From the NCBI GenBank assembly GCA_009379925.1, contig WHSU01000012.1, positions 16,419-80,418 on the forward strand: a DNA stretch of 64,000 nt, read 5' to 3'. The first letter of the stretch is position 1; every line of letters starts with the position of its first letter. A model generated the notes under the pieces. That model was not told the DNA's origin. It made no database searches and saw nothing but the letters and a program-made list of their open reading frames with translations. Shown here in pieces: positions 21,907 to 34,006 of the stretch. This DNA comes from Dehalococcoidia bacterium. GTDB taxonomy: Bacteria > Chloroflexota > Dehalococcoidia > UBA2979. Position numbers and translations under genes: made by a program.

Positions 21907-22767
21907 TCAGCGGCCGAGGAGCGCCTGAAGGGTGGCGTCGTCGATGGCGTCCGCGGCCAGCGCGCCGGCGCGCTCGAACTTCGCCTCGCCCGCGAACGGG
22001 TCCCGTCCGAACTGCCCCTCGATGTCACGGACGGTCTCGACCGTCCCTTCGGGCGCGAGCGCCAGCGTCGTCTCGCTCGCGGCGGCCACGCGGTCGATGA
22101 TGTACGGGCTGGGTTCGCCGCCGCCGGTCAGGATGAGCAGGGGCGGGGCGGTGCTCATCGCCGCGAGGGCGATGTCGACGCGCTCGGCGCGGGTAACGAT
22201 GCAGGCTCGCGGGAAGCGGCGGAAGTAGGCCACGTCCGGATCGTGCGAGATTGCACCGACCACGATGTGGTCGCACGTGGCGTCGCGGGCGTCGTCGCCC
22301 CACGTCAGCACCTGGCTGCGCGACGCATCAATGAGCCGCCCCACCGTGGGGGCCGCGAGCGTGCGGTCCTCGACGAACTGGCGGGGGGCCTCACGGAGGG
22401 CGTGCGTGAGGAACAACATGCCGTCCGCGGCCTCCGCCGCCGCGGAGGTGTCGCCCTCGCGGGCCACGAGGACGAGCCGGGCGCCGAGCTGGTTCGCGAG
22501 CGCGGCGGCGCCCGCGCCGGCCGGCGCCTCGACGAGCGTGACCGCCCCCGAGGCATCTCGGATGGCGCCTGCCTCGACGGGCTCGCCGCTCGCATCGGCG
22601 ACCTCGAAGGTGGCGAAGGCGAGCGCGTCCGCGGCGGCACGGTCGTCGCCAGCGAGCCGCTCAAGACGGACGGTGTGCCCGGCATAGGCGAGACGGTGCG
22701 CCAGCGCGGCGGCGACCGTGGTCGCGCCCGCTTCCGGGTGGGTCCCGGCCACCAGCACTACGGCCAT
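21907..22767 (-). CDS. BioD-like/DRTGG domain protein (Pta N-terminal-like)
   Basis: N-terminal P-loop-like GATT; ITRAERVDI..AA..LILTGG DRTGG-type segment. Confidence 0.7.
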   Translation of the reverse strand: MAVVLVAGTHPEAGATTVAAALAHRLAYAGHTVRLERLAGDDRAAADALAFATFEVADASGEPVEAGAIRDASGAVTLVEAPAGAGAAALANQLGARLVLVAREGDTSAAAEAADGMLFLTHALREAPRQFVEDRTLAAPTVGRLIDASRSQVLTWGDDARDATCDHIVVGAISHDPDVAYFRRFPRACIVTRAERVDIALAAMSTAPPLLILTGGGEPSPYIIDRVAAASETTLALAPEGTVETVRDIEGQFGRDPFAGEAKFERAGALAADAIDDATLQALLGR

Positions 22768-22934
22768 CGGTTGCCCGCTCTCGAGGTTTCGTCGCGAGGG
22801 ATGCGCCGGACGCGCGGCCATTTGGCCGCACGGCTATCGCCGCGAGTCTAGGCAGGGGGATCGGTGTCCGCAACCGGATGGGCGGGACCCGCGGCCTGCG
22901 GAGGGGCGTCGAGCGATGTGCTGCCTCGACAGGT

Positions 22935-23888
22935 TCAGCGGCGAGCGGTGGCGCCGGCCGCGAACGTGAGCAGGAACGGCAGCGACAGAATCGGGGTCAT
23001 GATGCTCGAGATCAGCAGCCCATCGACCAGGCTGGTTGACTCGATCGCCTTGCCGGCGGCCGCAAGCGCGGCGAACCCGGCTCCCGCCGCTGAAGCGACG
23101 ACGAGGCCGTCGGAGATGTGAGGCCGAAGAGCCGGGACGAGGGCAGCGGGAGCGAAGAAGTTGGCGGCGAGCGCCGCGAAGTACAGCAGTCCAGCGCGAC
23201 AGAACGTCATGTCTTCCGAACCAACGATTAGTAGCAAGCAGAAGGCACCGACGATGATCGCGAACCCCGCAACCAGGCTCGAATCAGACGCGAGGGCCAA
23301 GTGGGTGAGGAATCGTCGCGACGCAGCGGGAGCCGAACGCCGAATACGGCTGGCCACCGCTGGCGCGGTCACAAGGCAGAACCCCAGCGCCACCGGCAGC
23401 ACGGCGGTGTTCCAGGCGCGCGAGCGGTTGAATGCTGCCAACCTCGCTCGGCTCGCCGCGCTGAGATGCTGACACTCCGGCTGACCGTGATCGAAGAGGG
23501 CGGAGGTGATGATGACCGTGCAACCCTCGTCGCGGAGTGGCACGACAGTCGGGTGCGCCCGGCTCAGGACCGTTCCTGACGAGTCCGTAAGGACGTAGTC
23601 GCCGACGGCCTGCGGTTCGGACAGCGGAGGGTAGACCGAGTCCGCGACGGTCACCTGCTCCCCTGGAGCAAGGAGGACGGACGCATGATCGACACCTGGC
23701 AGGGAGGCCTCTCCGCGCGGCACGACCCACGCGCCTCGGGGAAACGAGAGCTGCACCGGGACATCGGTGCCGTTCTCGAACACGAGTTCCACTACGCTCG
23801 AGCAACCGACTGCGCTCAGCGCGATGAGGCAGAGGGCGAGGATTGCCGCGCGCCGGCGACTTAGCGAGAGTATCAACCGACGATGCAT
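22935..23888 (-). CDS. Hypothetical lipoprotein with C-terminal TM helices
   Basis: Signal peptide with lipobox AVGC; several TMs; more A/T-ending codons than flanking genes. Confidence 0.55.
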   Translation of the reverse strand: MHRRLILSLSRRRAAILALCLIALSAVGCSSVVELVFENGTDVPVQLSFPRGAWVVPRGEASLPGVDHASVLLAPGEQVTVADSVYPPLSEPQAVGDYVLTDSSGTVLSRAHPTVVPLRDEGCTVIITSALFDHGQPECQHLSAASRARLAAFNRSRAWNTAVLPVALGFCLVTAPAVASRIRRSAPAASRRFLTHLALASDSSLVAGFAIIVGAFCLLLIVGSEDMTFCRAGLLYFAALAANFFAPAALVPALRPHISDGLVVASAAGAGFAALAAAGKAIESTSLVDGLLISSIMTPILSLPFLLTFAAGATARR

Positions 23889-24017
23889 ACAGAGGGAACG
23901 CTGCACATGCGGACACGGGTTCACACCAGCGGCTGGTGCGCGATGTGGAGCGGCGTGCGCGCAGCCGCAGTGGAACGAAGAAGGCGGCCGCGTGGGCCGC
24001 CCTCGATGGTCAGGCGA

Positions 24018-24093
24018 TGGTGCCGAGGGCCAGGATTGAACTGGCGACACCACGATTTTCAGTCGTGTGCTCTACCAACTGAGCTACCTCGGC
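24018..24093 (-). tRNA. tRNA-Phe (GAA)
   Basis: GCCGAGGTAGCTCAGTTGGTAGAGC..CTGAAAAT..GTTCAATCC..CTCGGCACCA; 76 nt with encoded CCA. Confidence 0.98.
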
Positions 24094-24130
24094 ACGTGAA
24101 GGTGCGGGGGTGCTCGCCCGCCGCCCTCGA

Positions 24131-24159
24131 ATGGTACGAGAGCACCCCTTCCGGGACAA
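24131..24159 (-). promoter_or_regulatory. Putative tRNA-Phe promoter
   Basis: Minus strand TTGTCC-17 nt-TACCAT. Confidence 0.6.
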
Positions 24160-24364
24160 CACGTCGAGGCTGACGGCCGTCCAGCCCGGCCCTCGGGGGC
24201 GATGTGCATGCTCTGTGTATGATCTGGAGACTTTTGACCCATACCTCGGAGCGTCCGAGGTGTAGTGTGGGCTCGCCCAGCACCCCTCCCCCGGGAAGTA
24301 CCCGCGCGCGTGTTCGCCGTCCCGCTACCCACTGTCGAAGACCTGGCGAAGGAGCGTGCCGTGC

Positions 24365-24967
24365 GTGCGGGTTGCGGTGCTCGGACGCCTGCGCCTGGCG
24401 CCCGTGGCGCTCGTCGCGCCGCCCGCATGGGGCGAGGCGCCCGATGACGTTGCGAGCGGCGACAGCCTCCGCGCGAACGGCGCCGACATCGAGACCGGCG
24501 CGTTCTTGCTCCGCGCTGTGCCTGCGCGGGACGCGGGCGAGGCTCCGTCGGACGTCGATGGCGAGCCCGCTCCGGTAGGACCTACACCGCAGACACCGGT
24601 CGCGGACGCGGTCGCGGATGCACGGGACAGCACGTTGTGCGTCGCGACCCGGGCGGACGGCGAGCCGTGCCGCGCCCGGGCGGTGCCCGGCCGCGGCGTC
24701 TGCATCGGCCACGGCGAGTGGCGGCGCGCCTCGGGTGGTGCGAGGCGGCGAGGGAGCCGGGGCGACCGAGCGCTGGCGCCCGTACTGGACCAGCTCGAAC
24801 GGGCGCTCGCGGGGCTCGTGGAGGGCCGCCTGGATGCGCGGCAGGCGGCCGTGGCCGCGTCGATCGGCCGGCTGCTGCTCGCGGCGCACGGTTCGGAGCC
24901 GCTACAGCAGCGGTTGCAGGCGCTGGAGCACGCCCTGCCGGGCGTGGATAACCTGCCCGCGGACTGA
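24365..24967 (+). CDS. Hypothetical protein with HGGxSTG-like Cys3His zinc motif
   Basis: C.ATRADG.PC...A..G...C..HG followed by a helical tail; AAGGAG upstream; start uncertain. Confidence 0.55.
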   Translation: MRVAVLGRLRLAPVALVAPPAWGEAPDDVASGDSLRANGADIETGAFLLRAVPARDAGEAPSDVDGEPAPVGPTPQTPVADAVADARDSTLCVATRADGEPCRARAVPGRGVCIGHGEWRRASGGARRRGSRGDRALAPVLDQLERALAGLVEGRLDARQAAVAASIGRLLLAAHGSEPLQQRLQALEHALPGVDNLPAD

Positions 24968-25361
24968 CATGCCCAGGACGGGCCGGCGTCGGAGCCTCTT
25001 ACGCTCTCGTCGGAACTTCATACGGGCCTCTTAGGCCCTGTCTCTGCGCGCTCACAGACCATCCCATTTGAGGGTCACACGCTCACCTCGTGGCCGCGTC
25101 GGGCCTCGCCGCGGCCGCCGAGGGGAGCACCGAAGGAGGCGATGGGACCGCCCAACAGGGGCGACTGTGCGCAGATTTTAAATTATCGGCACAGTTGCTT
25201 GACTTCTGAAGGGGCGGGACCTATTCAGGTATGGGCACTCCTGTGACCGAATTCGCGCCCCTGCCGTCGCTTGCGAGCGATGAAGGGGGCTCTTTGGCCG
25301 CAAACGGATGTGGCGGGGCCAAGTGGCGCTCGGGAGACCAGGCGCTGACCGGGAGGACTGC

Positions 25362-26921
25362 GTGAGTATGTTGAGTGCAGGAAGCGCCCGCGGGCACCGC
25401 TTCCGGCGGGGGGGCGCCCTTCTGGGATCGCTCGCCGTCGCGGTAGCCATGCTCGCGCTGGCTATGGTGGCCGGTCAGGGCATCGGAGTGACCGAGGCGG
25501 CTACCCAGAATGAAGTGATCGATTTCGAAACCTCGGGTGGGAACGGCACGCTCATCAGCGGTGTCGCAACGTCCGGGGGGACAGTCGATATCACGAGCTC
25601 GCCTGCGAACCGGGCGATGATCTTCGAAGCGACGTGCGGCGGCGGCCCCGCTGCGAACTGCACAGGCGGCGACAGCGACCTGTACCAGCCGGGCCAGGGC
25701 AACGTGCTGGTTGTCTCCGACGGGAACGCGGCTGACCCCGGCGACATCACCCACGGTGGCTGGTTGCAGTTCGACTTTACGGGCGTGACCGGCGGCATGG
25801 TCGACGTCACCGAGATCACGGTGATCGACACCGAGACCGCCCCGACCGTGTATTTCCAGACTAGCGGTGGGGTGACAAGCGCCGGCCTACCCGTCACGGC
25901 TAACGGCGGCATCGACACCTGGCTCGTCGGTGAGCAAGACGTGCTTGGTATGCGCATTGTCTTCGGCGACTCCGGCGCGGTCGACGACATCAAGTTCTCG
26001 TACGACGACGGCTCGACGCCGACGCCGACACCCACGAGCACGCCGACGCCGACGCCCACGAGCACCTCGACGCCGCCGCCCCCACCGCCTCCGGGTGACC
26101 CGGCGATCCGGGTCATCAAGACGGTGGACAACACAGGTGGCGGGACGCTCACCCCGGCGGACTTTACGCTGCGCGTGCAGAACCAGACGTTCCCCGGCGA
26201 CGAGGACGGCACGGTCCGGGTGCTCAACCACGGCGCCTTCGAGGTGACCGAGGACGAGCACGCGGACTACACCGCGACCTTCAGCGGCGACTGCTCCGGC
26301 ACCGCCGACGACGACGATTTCTACACCTGCCGCGTGAACAACACTTACGACCCCGAGGTGACGCCGACGCCGACGCCCGAGGTGGCCGGGCTGACCATCG
26401 GCATCGACAACACGCGCATCACCCCCAGCCCCTCGCGGCCGGGTGAGCCGGTGAACTTCCGCATCGACGTCACGCTGACGGACGTGCCGGACGAGACGCT
26501 GGCCACGGTGTGGGTGCAGTTCGACCCGACGGAGCTGCGCTTCGAGGAGGCCCCCGAGGGCTGCGCGCTGATGGCGGTGGACCTCATCCGCTGCGACTTC
26601 GGCAACCGGAACGCGGACTTCGACTTCGTGGCCGAGTTCACGGGCCTGAAGGTGACCGACAGCGCGGAGACGAACGCCGCGCTGGGCGGTGACTTCGACG
26701 CCGACGGTACGATCGATGGGGAGGCCGGCCCGGCCTTCGCGGACGGCGTGATCATCGATGTCGAGGGGCTGCAGATCCCGCCGCTCGGTGACGGCAGCGT
26801 CACCTCGGCTACGGGTGGCGCCGATGTGCGCACGCTCGCCGTGGCGAGCGCCCTGCTGGCGGGCCTGGTGCTCGCCGCGCTGGGCGCCCGCAGTGTGGTG
26901 GCGCGGCGCTCGGAGGGCTAG
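25362..26921 (+). CDS. Secreted surface protein with Thr/Pro linkers, Ig-like domains and sortase-type C-terminal sorting signal
   Basis: Signal peptide; (TP)n and poly-P linkers; C-terminal IPPLG + hydrophobic helix + RR; GGAGG RBS before GTG. Confidence 0.8.
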   Translation: MSMLSAGSARGHRFRRGGALLGSLAVAVAMLALAMVAGQGIGVTEAATQNEVIDFETSGGNGTLISGVATSGGTVDITSSPANRAMIFEATCGGGPAANCTGGDSDLYQPGQGNVLVVSDGNAADPGDITHGGWLQFDFTGVTGGMVDVTEITVIDTETAPTVYFQTSGGVTSAGLPVTANGGIDTWLVGEQDVLGMRIVFGDSGAVDDIKFSYDDGSTPTPTPTSTPTPTPTSTSTPPPPPPPGDPAIRVIKTVDNTGGGTLTPADFTLRVQNQTFPGDEDGTVRVLNHGAFEVTEDEHADYTATFSGDCSGTADDDDFYTCRVNNTYDPEVTPTPTPEVAGLTIGIDNTRITPSPSRPGEPVNFRIDVTLTDVPDETLATVWVQFDPTELRFEEAPEGCALMAVDLIRCDFGNRNADFDFVAEFTGLKVTDSAETNAALGGDFDADGTIDGEAGPAFADGVIIDVEGLQIPPLGDGSVTSATGGADVRTLAVASALLAGLVLAALGARSVVARRSEG

Positions 26922-26953
26922 AGCCCGAGGCGGATGCCAACGCACGACTCAAC

Positions 26954-26990
26954 GGACCGGCGCGGGTCACCCCGCGCCGGTCCTGTGTTT
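26954..26990 (+). terminator. Intrinsic terminator
   Basis: GGACCGGCGCGGG-TCAC-CCCGCGCCGGTCC then TGTGTTT. Confidence 0.65.
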
Positions 26991-27217
26991 CCCACTACGG
27001 TCGAGCGGGCGAACTCATACGCGCGCCAGACGCGGCCACAACACCATTCCGGCCACCATTCGACTCGGCGACGCAGCCGTCGCCGGCAGTGTTCACGTCG
27101 AGGTCCCGTCGCGGCCGGAATGGCCTGGCGGGGCCTCGGCGCGCGTCCGCTTCCCGAGGCGCGCGGCCGGCCCTATCGTGTCCGCACGGATCCGGCCAGC
27201 GCAAGGATGCGACGCGG

Positions 27218-27916
27218 GTGCAGTTCTTCAGCGGGCGCACCGCGCTCCTCGGGTCCGGCGGGTTCCTGGTGGTCGCACTCGCCGCGGTGATGCTCCTGGG
27301 CAGCGGCACGGACGATGGCGGGCTGCGGGTGGACCAGCGGCCGCTACCGGCGGACGGCGTCCCAGAGTCCCTTGAGCGGCTCCGGGCCGGCGCACCACCC
27401 GGGACGCCCTCCCCTACACCAACGGCCCCCGCGGGTGGCAGCAACCTCGACGAAGCCGCACCTCCCTCGCAGGCGGTGATCGGACGCGTGCGCGTGGGGG
27501 CGCTCGGCATCGACGCCCCGCTCATCGAGGTCGGATTCGATGCGACGGGCGAACTCGATGTCCCGCGCGACGGCACGTCTGTCGGCTGGTACACGATCTC
27601 GGCGGCGCCGGGCGCGGCCGGAAACGTGCTGCTGGGCGGGCACTTCGACTGGGCGGGCGACCTGGCGGTCTTCTACCGCCTGAGCGCGCTCTCGGAGGGC
27701 GACCTGGTGGAGGTGGACGCCGGCGGCCAGTCGCACACCTACCGGGTCTCGGAGGCGGGTGACCTGCCCTTCGATGCGCCACTCTCGGACATCCTCGGCG
27801 TGCGCAGCGGCTCGCCGACGTTGACGCTGTTCACCTGCGGCGGCACGTTCGACGCGTCGCGAGGTGAGTACGACCGGCGCGTCGTTGTACGGGCTGTGGA
27901 GGTGGACGCGGGGTAG
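27218..27916 (+). CDS. Class F-like sortase
   Basis: VGWY, PG..GNVLLGGH, VFYRL, LTLFTCGG, R.VV.A (His/Cys/Arg triad); N-terminal TM. Confidence 0.9.
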   Translation: MQFFSGRTALLGSGGFLVVALAAVMLLGSGTDDGGLRVDQRPLPADGVPESLERLRAGAPPGTPSPTPTAPAGGSNLDEAAPPSQAVIGRVRVGALGIDAPLIEVGFDATGELDVPRDGTSVGWYTISAAPGAAGNVLLGGHFDWAGDLAVFYRLSALSEGDLVEVDAGGQSHTYRVSEAGDLPFDAPLSDILGVRSGSPTLTLFTCGGTFDASRGEYDRRVVVRAVEVDAG

Positions 27917-27919
27917 GCG

Positions 27920-28690
27920 ATGGACGTCGGAGGATTACGGCCGGTCGAAGACCTGTCGGTCGCATCGTGGATCGCGCCCCGGCTCGGGCCGTTTGGCGGC
28001 TGGGTCGGTTCGATCTCGCCTCGGGGCTTCGAGGCCTACGCGCGCGTGCTGCATCCGGTCCCGCTCGACGGCGGCACGACGACATGGGCAGCGGTCTGCG
28101 CCGCGACCGGGAAGCAGCCGCACGCGCTGATGCAGTGGGACGCCATTGCAGGGGTGGTGCGGACGGCGCAGGAAGGTGTCGAGACACGACGCTCTCAGTG
28201 GGACGGAGGGGAGCCCAACACGGGGAATCTCGAGGCCGGGGCGCTGCACGCGCTCGTCGCGGAGCTGACTCGGCACACGGCGGCCGACATCGACTGCTTC
28301 TTCGCGCTCTGGAACGGCTACGGCTGGATCTACGGCAGCCCGATGGCCGTCCGCTCCGACGGGGCACCGGTCCCGCCGGGCCTGCCACAGGCGGTGCTCG
28401 AAGCCCCTCGGCTGCGGCATCCGAACCGCGAGTACCTCGTGTTCAGGGGGCCGCTGGACGCACTCACGACGAACGCAACATCGAAGTGGATGGGCCGCGC
28501 GCAGTCGCCGAACCTGGCATGGCCCGCAGACGAGTCGTGGTGCGTGGCCAGCGAGATCGACTTCGACTCGACGATCGTGGCCGGCAGCCCACACCTGGTG
28601 GACGCCGTGCTCGCCAGTCCAGACCTCGAAGCGTGGCCGGTCTCGCCGGACGACTCGCTCGCCTACGACGGGGACACCGTCAACCGCTAA
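27920..28690 (+). CDS. Conserved hypothetical protein
   Basis: P.GFEAYARVLHP, LWNGYG, SPNLAWP.D..WCV..EIDFDST patterns; follows the sortase gene closely. Confidence 0.7.
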   Translation: MDVGGLRPVEDLSVASWIAPRLGPFGGWVGSISPRGFEAYARVLHPVPLDGGTTTWAAVCAATGKQPHALMQWDAIAGVVRTAQEGVETRRSQWDGGEPNTGNLEAGALHALVAELTRHTAADIDCFFALWNGYGWIYGSPMAVRSDGAPVPPGLPQAVLEAPRLRHPNREYLVFRGPLDALTTNATSKWMGRAQSPNLAWPADESWCVASEIDFDSTIVAGSPHLVDAVLASPDLEAWPVSPDDSLAYDGDTVNR

Positions 28691-28708
28691 CGCCGTGGCG
28701 TAGCCTGT

Positions 28709-29380
28709 CTAGGCATCGAGTGCCCGCGCGAACTCGGCCGTGCGGCGCTCCAGCCCACCGTCCTCGGCGCCGATGTGGGCGGGTGGCTCGACAGCCTCGA
28801 AGCGGTCCTCGGACTCCAGCCAGCGGTACAGCACGCGGCCGCGTGGCCGGCCGCCTTCGACCGCATCCACCTCGAACAGCGTCTCGGCGACGCGCCGCGT
28901 CGGTGCGCGCCAGTCGCCGAGGCTGCGGATGTAGAGCACAAGGCCGATGCGCGCCGCCTGCTCGTCCGGGACGCGATTGCCGGCACAAATCACCTCGAAC
29001 GCCTCGTCCACGCCGGGGGCATGGAGGGCGGTCGCGAGCGAGAAGCCACGGTCAAGCGCACCGAAGACGCGTCGCACCGGGTCGCCCCACAGGTACTCCG
29101 CAAACGGGACATCGGCGATCTCGGCGAGCAGCAGGTAGCCGCCGTCCGCATCCTCCGGGATGCCGAGACCTGCGCCGGCTTCTCGGCTGAGTGGGTGGAC
29201 GGAGGTGCCCGAGGGCGCGTGTGCCAGCGTCGCCATCATCGTGGTGGTCTTGCCGGCGAGACGCGGGATCGCGACGAAGAGCAACGATCGGCGCTCGGCG
29301 GCGGCGGTCGCCAGGGTGGCCGCCATGCCAGGCGCAAGCGTGCGGTTCCGCACGAGGTCGAGCAGCCTTAACTCCGCCAT
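28709..29380 (-). CDS. Minimal P-loop NTPase resembling the VirB11/CpaF ATPase domain
   Basis: AGKTT Walker A, YLLLAEI Walker B, ATALHA His-box-like; leaderless ATG at 29380. Confidence 0.65.
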   Translation of the reverse strand: MAELRLLDLVRNRTLAPGMAATLATAAAERRSLLFVAIPRLAGKTTTMMATLAHAPSGTSVHPLSREAGAGLGIPEDADGGYLLLAEIADVPFAEYLWGDPVRRVFGALDRGFSLATALHAPGVDEAFEVICAGNRVPDEQAARIGLVLYIRSLGDWRAPTRRVAETLFEVDAVEGGRPRGRVLYRWLESEDRFEAVEPPAHIGAEDGGLERRTAEFARALDA

Positions 29381-29475
29381 AACATGACGATACGCCTCGA
29401 TGTCCTCCTGCTTCGACTGGCGCGCTCCTCGCCATCCGCTACGATCCAGGGTGAGCCAGTGGACGAGGCGGGACG

Positions 29476-29922
29476 ATGCCACACCAGTACGCAGCCAACG
29501 ACGCGCGCACCGGCCTCGAGGTGACGGTGACCGGGGACTTTCCCGACCACCCGGACGACCGCGTACGGATCGCGCGCACCTCGAACCTGTTCACGCGCCT
29601 GATGGCCACGATCCTGGCGACGGAGAACGAGACGGAGCGGCGGCACCGCTTCCGGGCGGTGGAGACGCAGCTGGAGGTGGCCGAGGCTCTGATCCGGGGC
29701 GACATGGCGGAGGTGCAGCGAGCCATCCGCTCCACGTTGCAGCAGATGGGGATCTCCGACGAGCAACTGCATGAGGTGGAGGGGCAGCTCCGTGAGCACC
29801 TGAAGCAGTTCGGTGGCGAGGAACTGGGACCCCTCGACGAGCTGTTCGGTGGAGACGAGCCAACCGAGGGTGAGCCACCACCCGAGGATGACCGGCCGCT
29901 GGACGACCGAGGTCTGCCCTAG
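29476..29922 (+). CDS. Hypothetical protein
   Basis: 148 aa ORF with GC3-rich codons and helical/acidic C-terminus. Confidence 0.7.
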   Translation: MPHQYAANDARTGLEVTVTGDFPDHPDDRVRIARTSNLFTRLMATILATENETERRHRFRAVETQLEVAEALIRGDMAEVQRAIRSTLQQMGISDEQLHEVEGQLREHLKQFGGEELGPLDELFGGDEPTEGEPPPEDDRPLDDRGLP

Positions 29923-29963
29923 AATCGCGGTGCCCCGTTGCCCTCGACGGCGAGGGGTGACGG

Positions 29964-30001
29964 TTGAGACGCCTGCCGGGGAGGCGTAGAATAAGTGTTC
30001 G
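29964..30001 (+). promoter_or_regulatory. uvrA promoter with overlapping LexA (SOS) box
   Basis: TTGAGA-17 nt-TAGAAT; GAAT-AAGT-GTTC (29989-30000) is one mismatch from GAAC-N4-GTTC. Confidence 0.75.
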
Positions 30002-30095
30002 GGCGCGCTCAAGTGGCGCCACCATGCCGGGTAGCGCGTCCCGTCCACCGTGCCCGACCGGCTACTCTCCCCCCGAACCCTGCCGAGGTGATGGC

Positions 30096-33224
<3,129 letters not shown>

Positions 33225-33266
33225 GCCGTCACGGCGCCGTCGTCGTCTGGATCGGCGGGCTGTCGC

Positions 33267-33872
33267 TCAGGAGAGGACGATGGCGAGCACGACATCGTTG
33301 CCCGACTCGCGTGAGCGGTAACGGAGGTCGAGGGGCTCGCTGCCGGGCGGCAGGTCGTAGTAGAGCGACCCGCGTCCCGTCTCGCCCGGCTCGAGTGTGA
33401 CCGTCTGTTGGAGGCTGTCCGGGCAACCCTCGCACGGGCTGATCTCATGGCCGGTCCCGACGCTGTCGAGCAGCGCGAACTCGAACGCGCTCACGTTGAG
33501 GGGGCTGTCGCCCTCGTTGGTCAGGTCCACCTCGATGCGGGTGGACACGGTGCTCCCCGGGTCGAACTCGCCAGCAGCGAAATTGCCGTCCACTCCAGCG
33601 ATGCGCAGGCGCAGTCCGCCGACGGCCACCGAGCCCTCGGTCGTCGCTTCAGGCGTGGGCGTCGCTTCCGGGGCCACGACTGCTGCGGACGCGCCGGACG
33701 AGGCGCTCCCCTCGGCCTCCTCGGACTCGCGTTCGAGCTGGGCCGCCAGGAAGCCGATGCCAACGGCGAAGGCCGTGAAGAGGAGGAAGAGGCCAAAGAA
33801 CTGACGCCAGCGCAGCGGCCCGTCCACGCGCGCGCGCCGGCGCCGCTTCTTGCGTCCGAACGGGAGCTTCAT
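33267..33872 (-). CDS. DUF4352-like membrane-anchored Ig-fold protein
   Basis: Basic N-terminus + TM; TN.GD.P.....F.L.D..G and L.PGE...G.L.Y..P patterns. Confidence 0.7.
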   Translation of the reverse strand: MKLPFGRKKRRRRARVDGPLRWRQFFGLFLLFTAFAVGIGFLAAQLERESEEAEGSASSGASAAVVAPEATPTPEATTEGSVAVGGLRLRIAGVDGNFAAGEFDPGSTVSTRIEVDLTNEGDSPLNVSAFEFALLDSVGTGHEISPCEGCPDSLQQTVTLEPGETGRGSLYYDLPPGSEPLDLRYRSRESGNDVVLAIVLS

Positions 33873-34006
33873 GCCTCGATGGTTGCGAGCGCCCGGCGTC
33901 CTGTCAACGCGGGGGGTCCCGGACGGTGGTCGGCGACGACGACGACGTGCCGTCAATGGGGGGCCGGCGGGGTCGCGCCCTACCGGTCGTGCGTTACGCT
34001 GCTGGT

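Noticed and set aside
22860..24017. att-site duplication of the tRNA-Phe 3' end
   Set aside because: No second copy of GGCCCTCGGCACCA found by eye
25142..25246. Short ORF after AAGGAGG
   Set aside because: SD-to-ATG spacing of only 2 nt, atypical codons, and overlap with the apparent promoter
26014..26095. ACGCCG tandem repeats
   Set aside because: They encode the Thr-Pro/poly-Pro linker of the surface protein
29964..30095. Long N-terminal extensions in the ORF track (uvrA; also ppdK, hppA, hisF, rnhB, rplU)
   Set aside because: They overlap promoters; better-supported downstream starts exist
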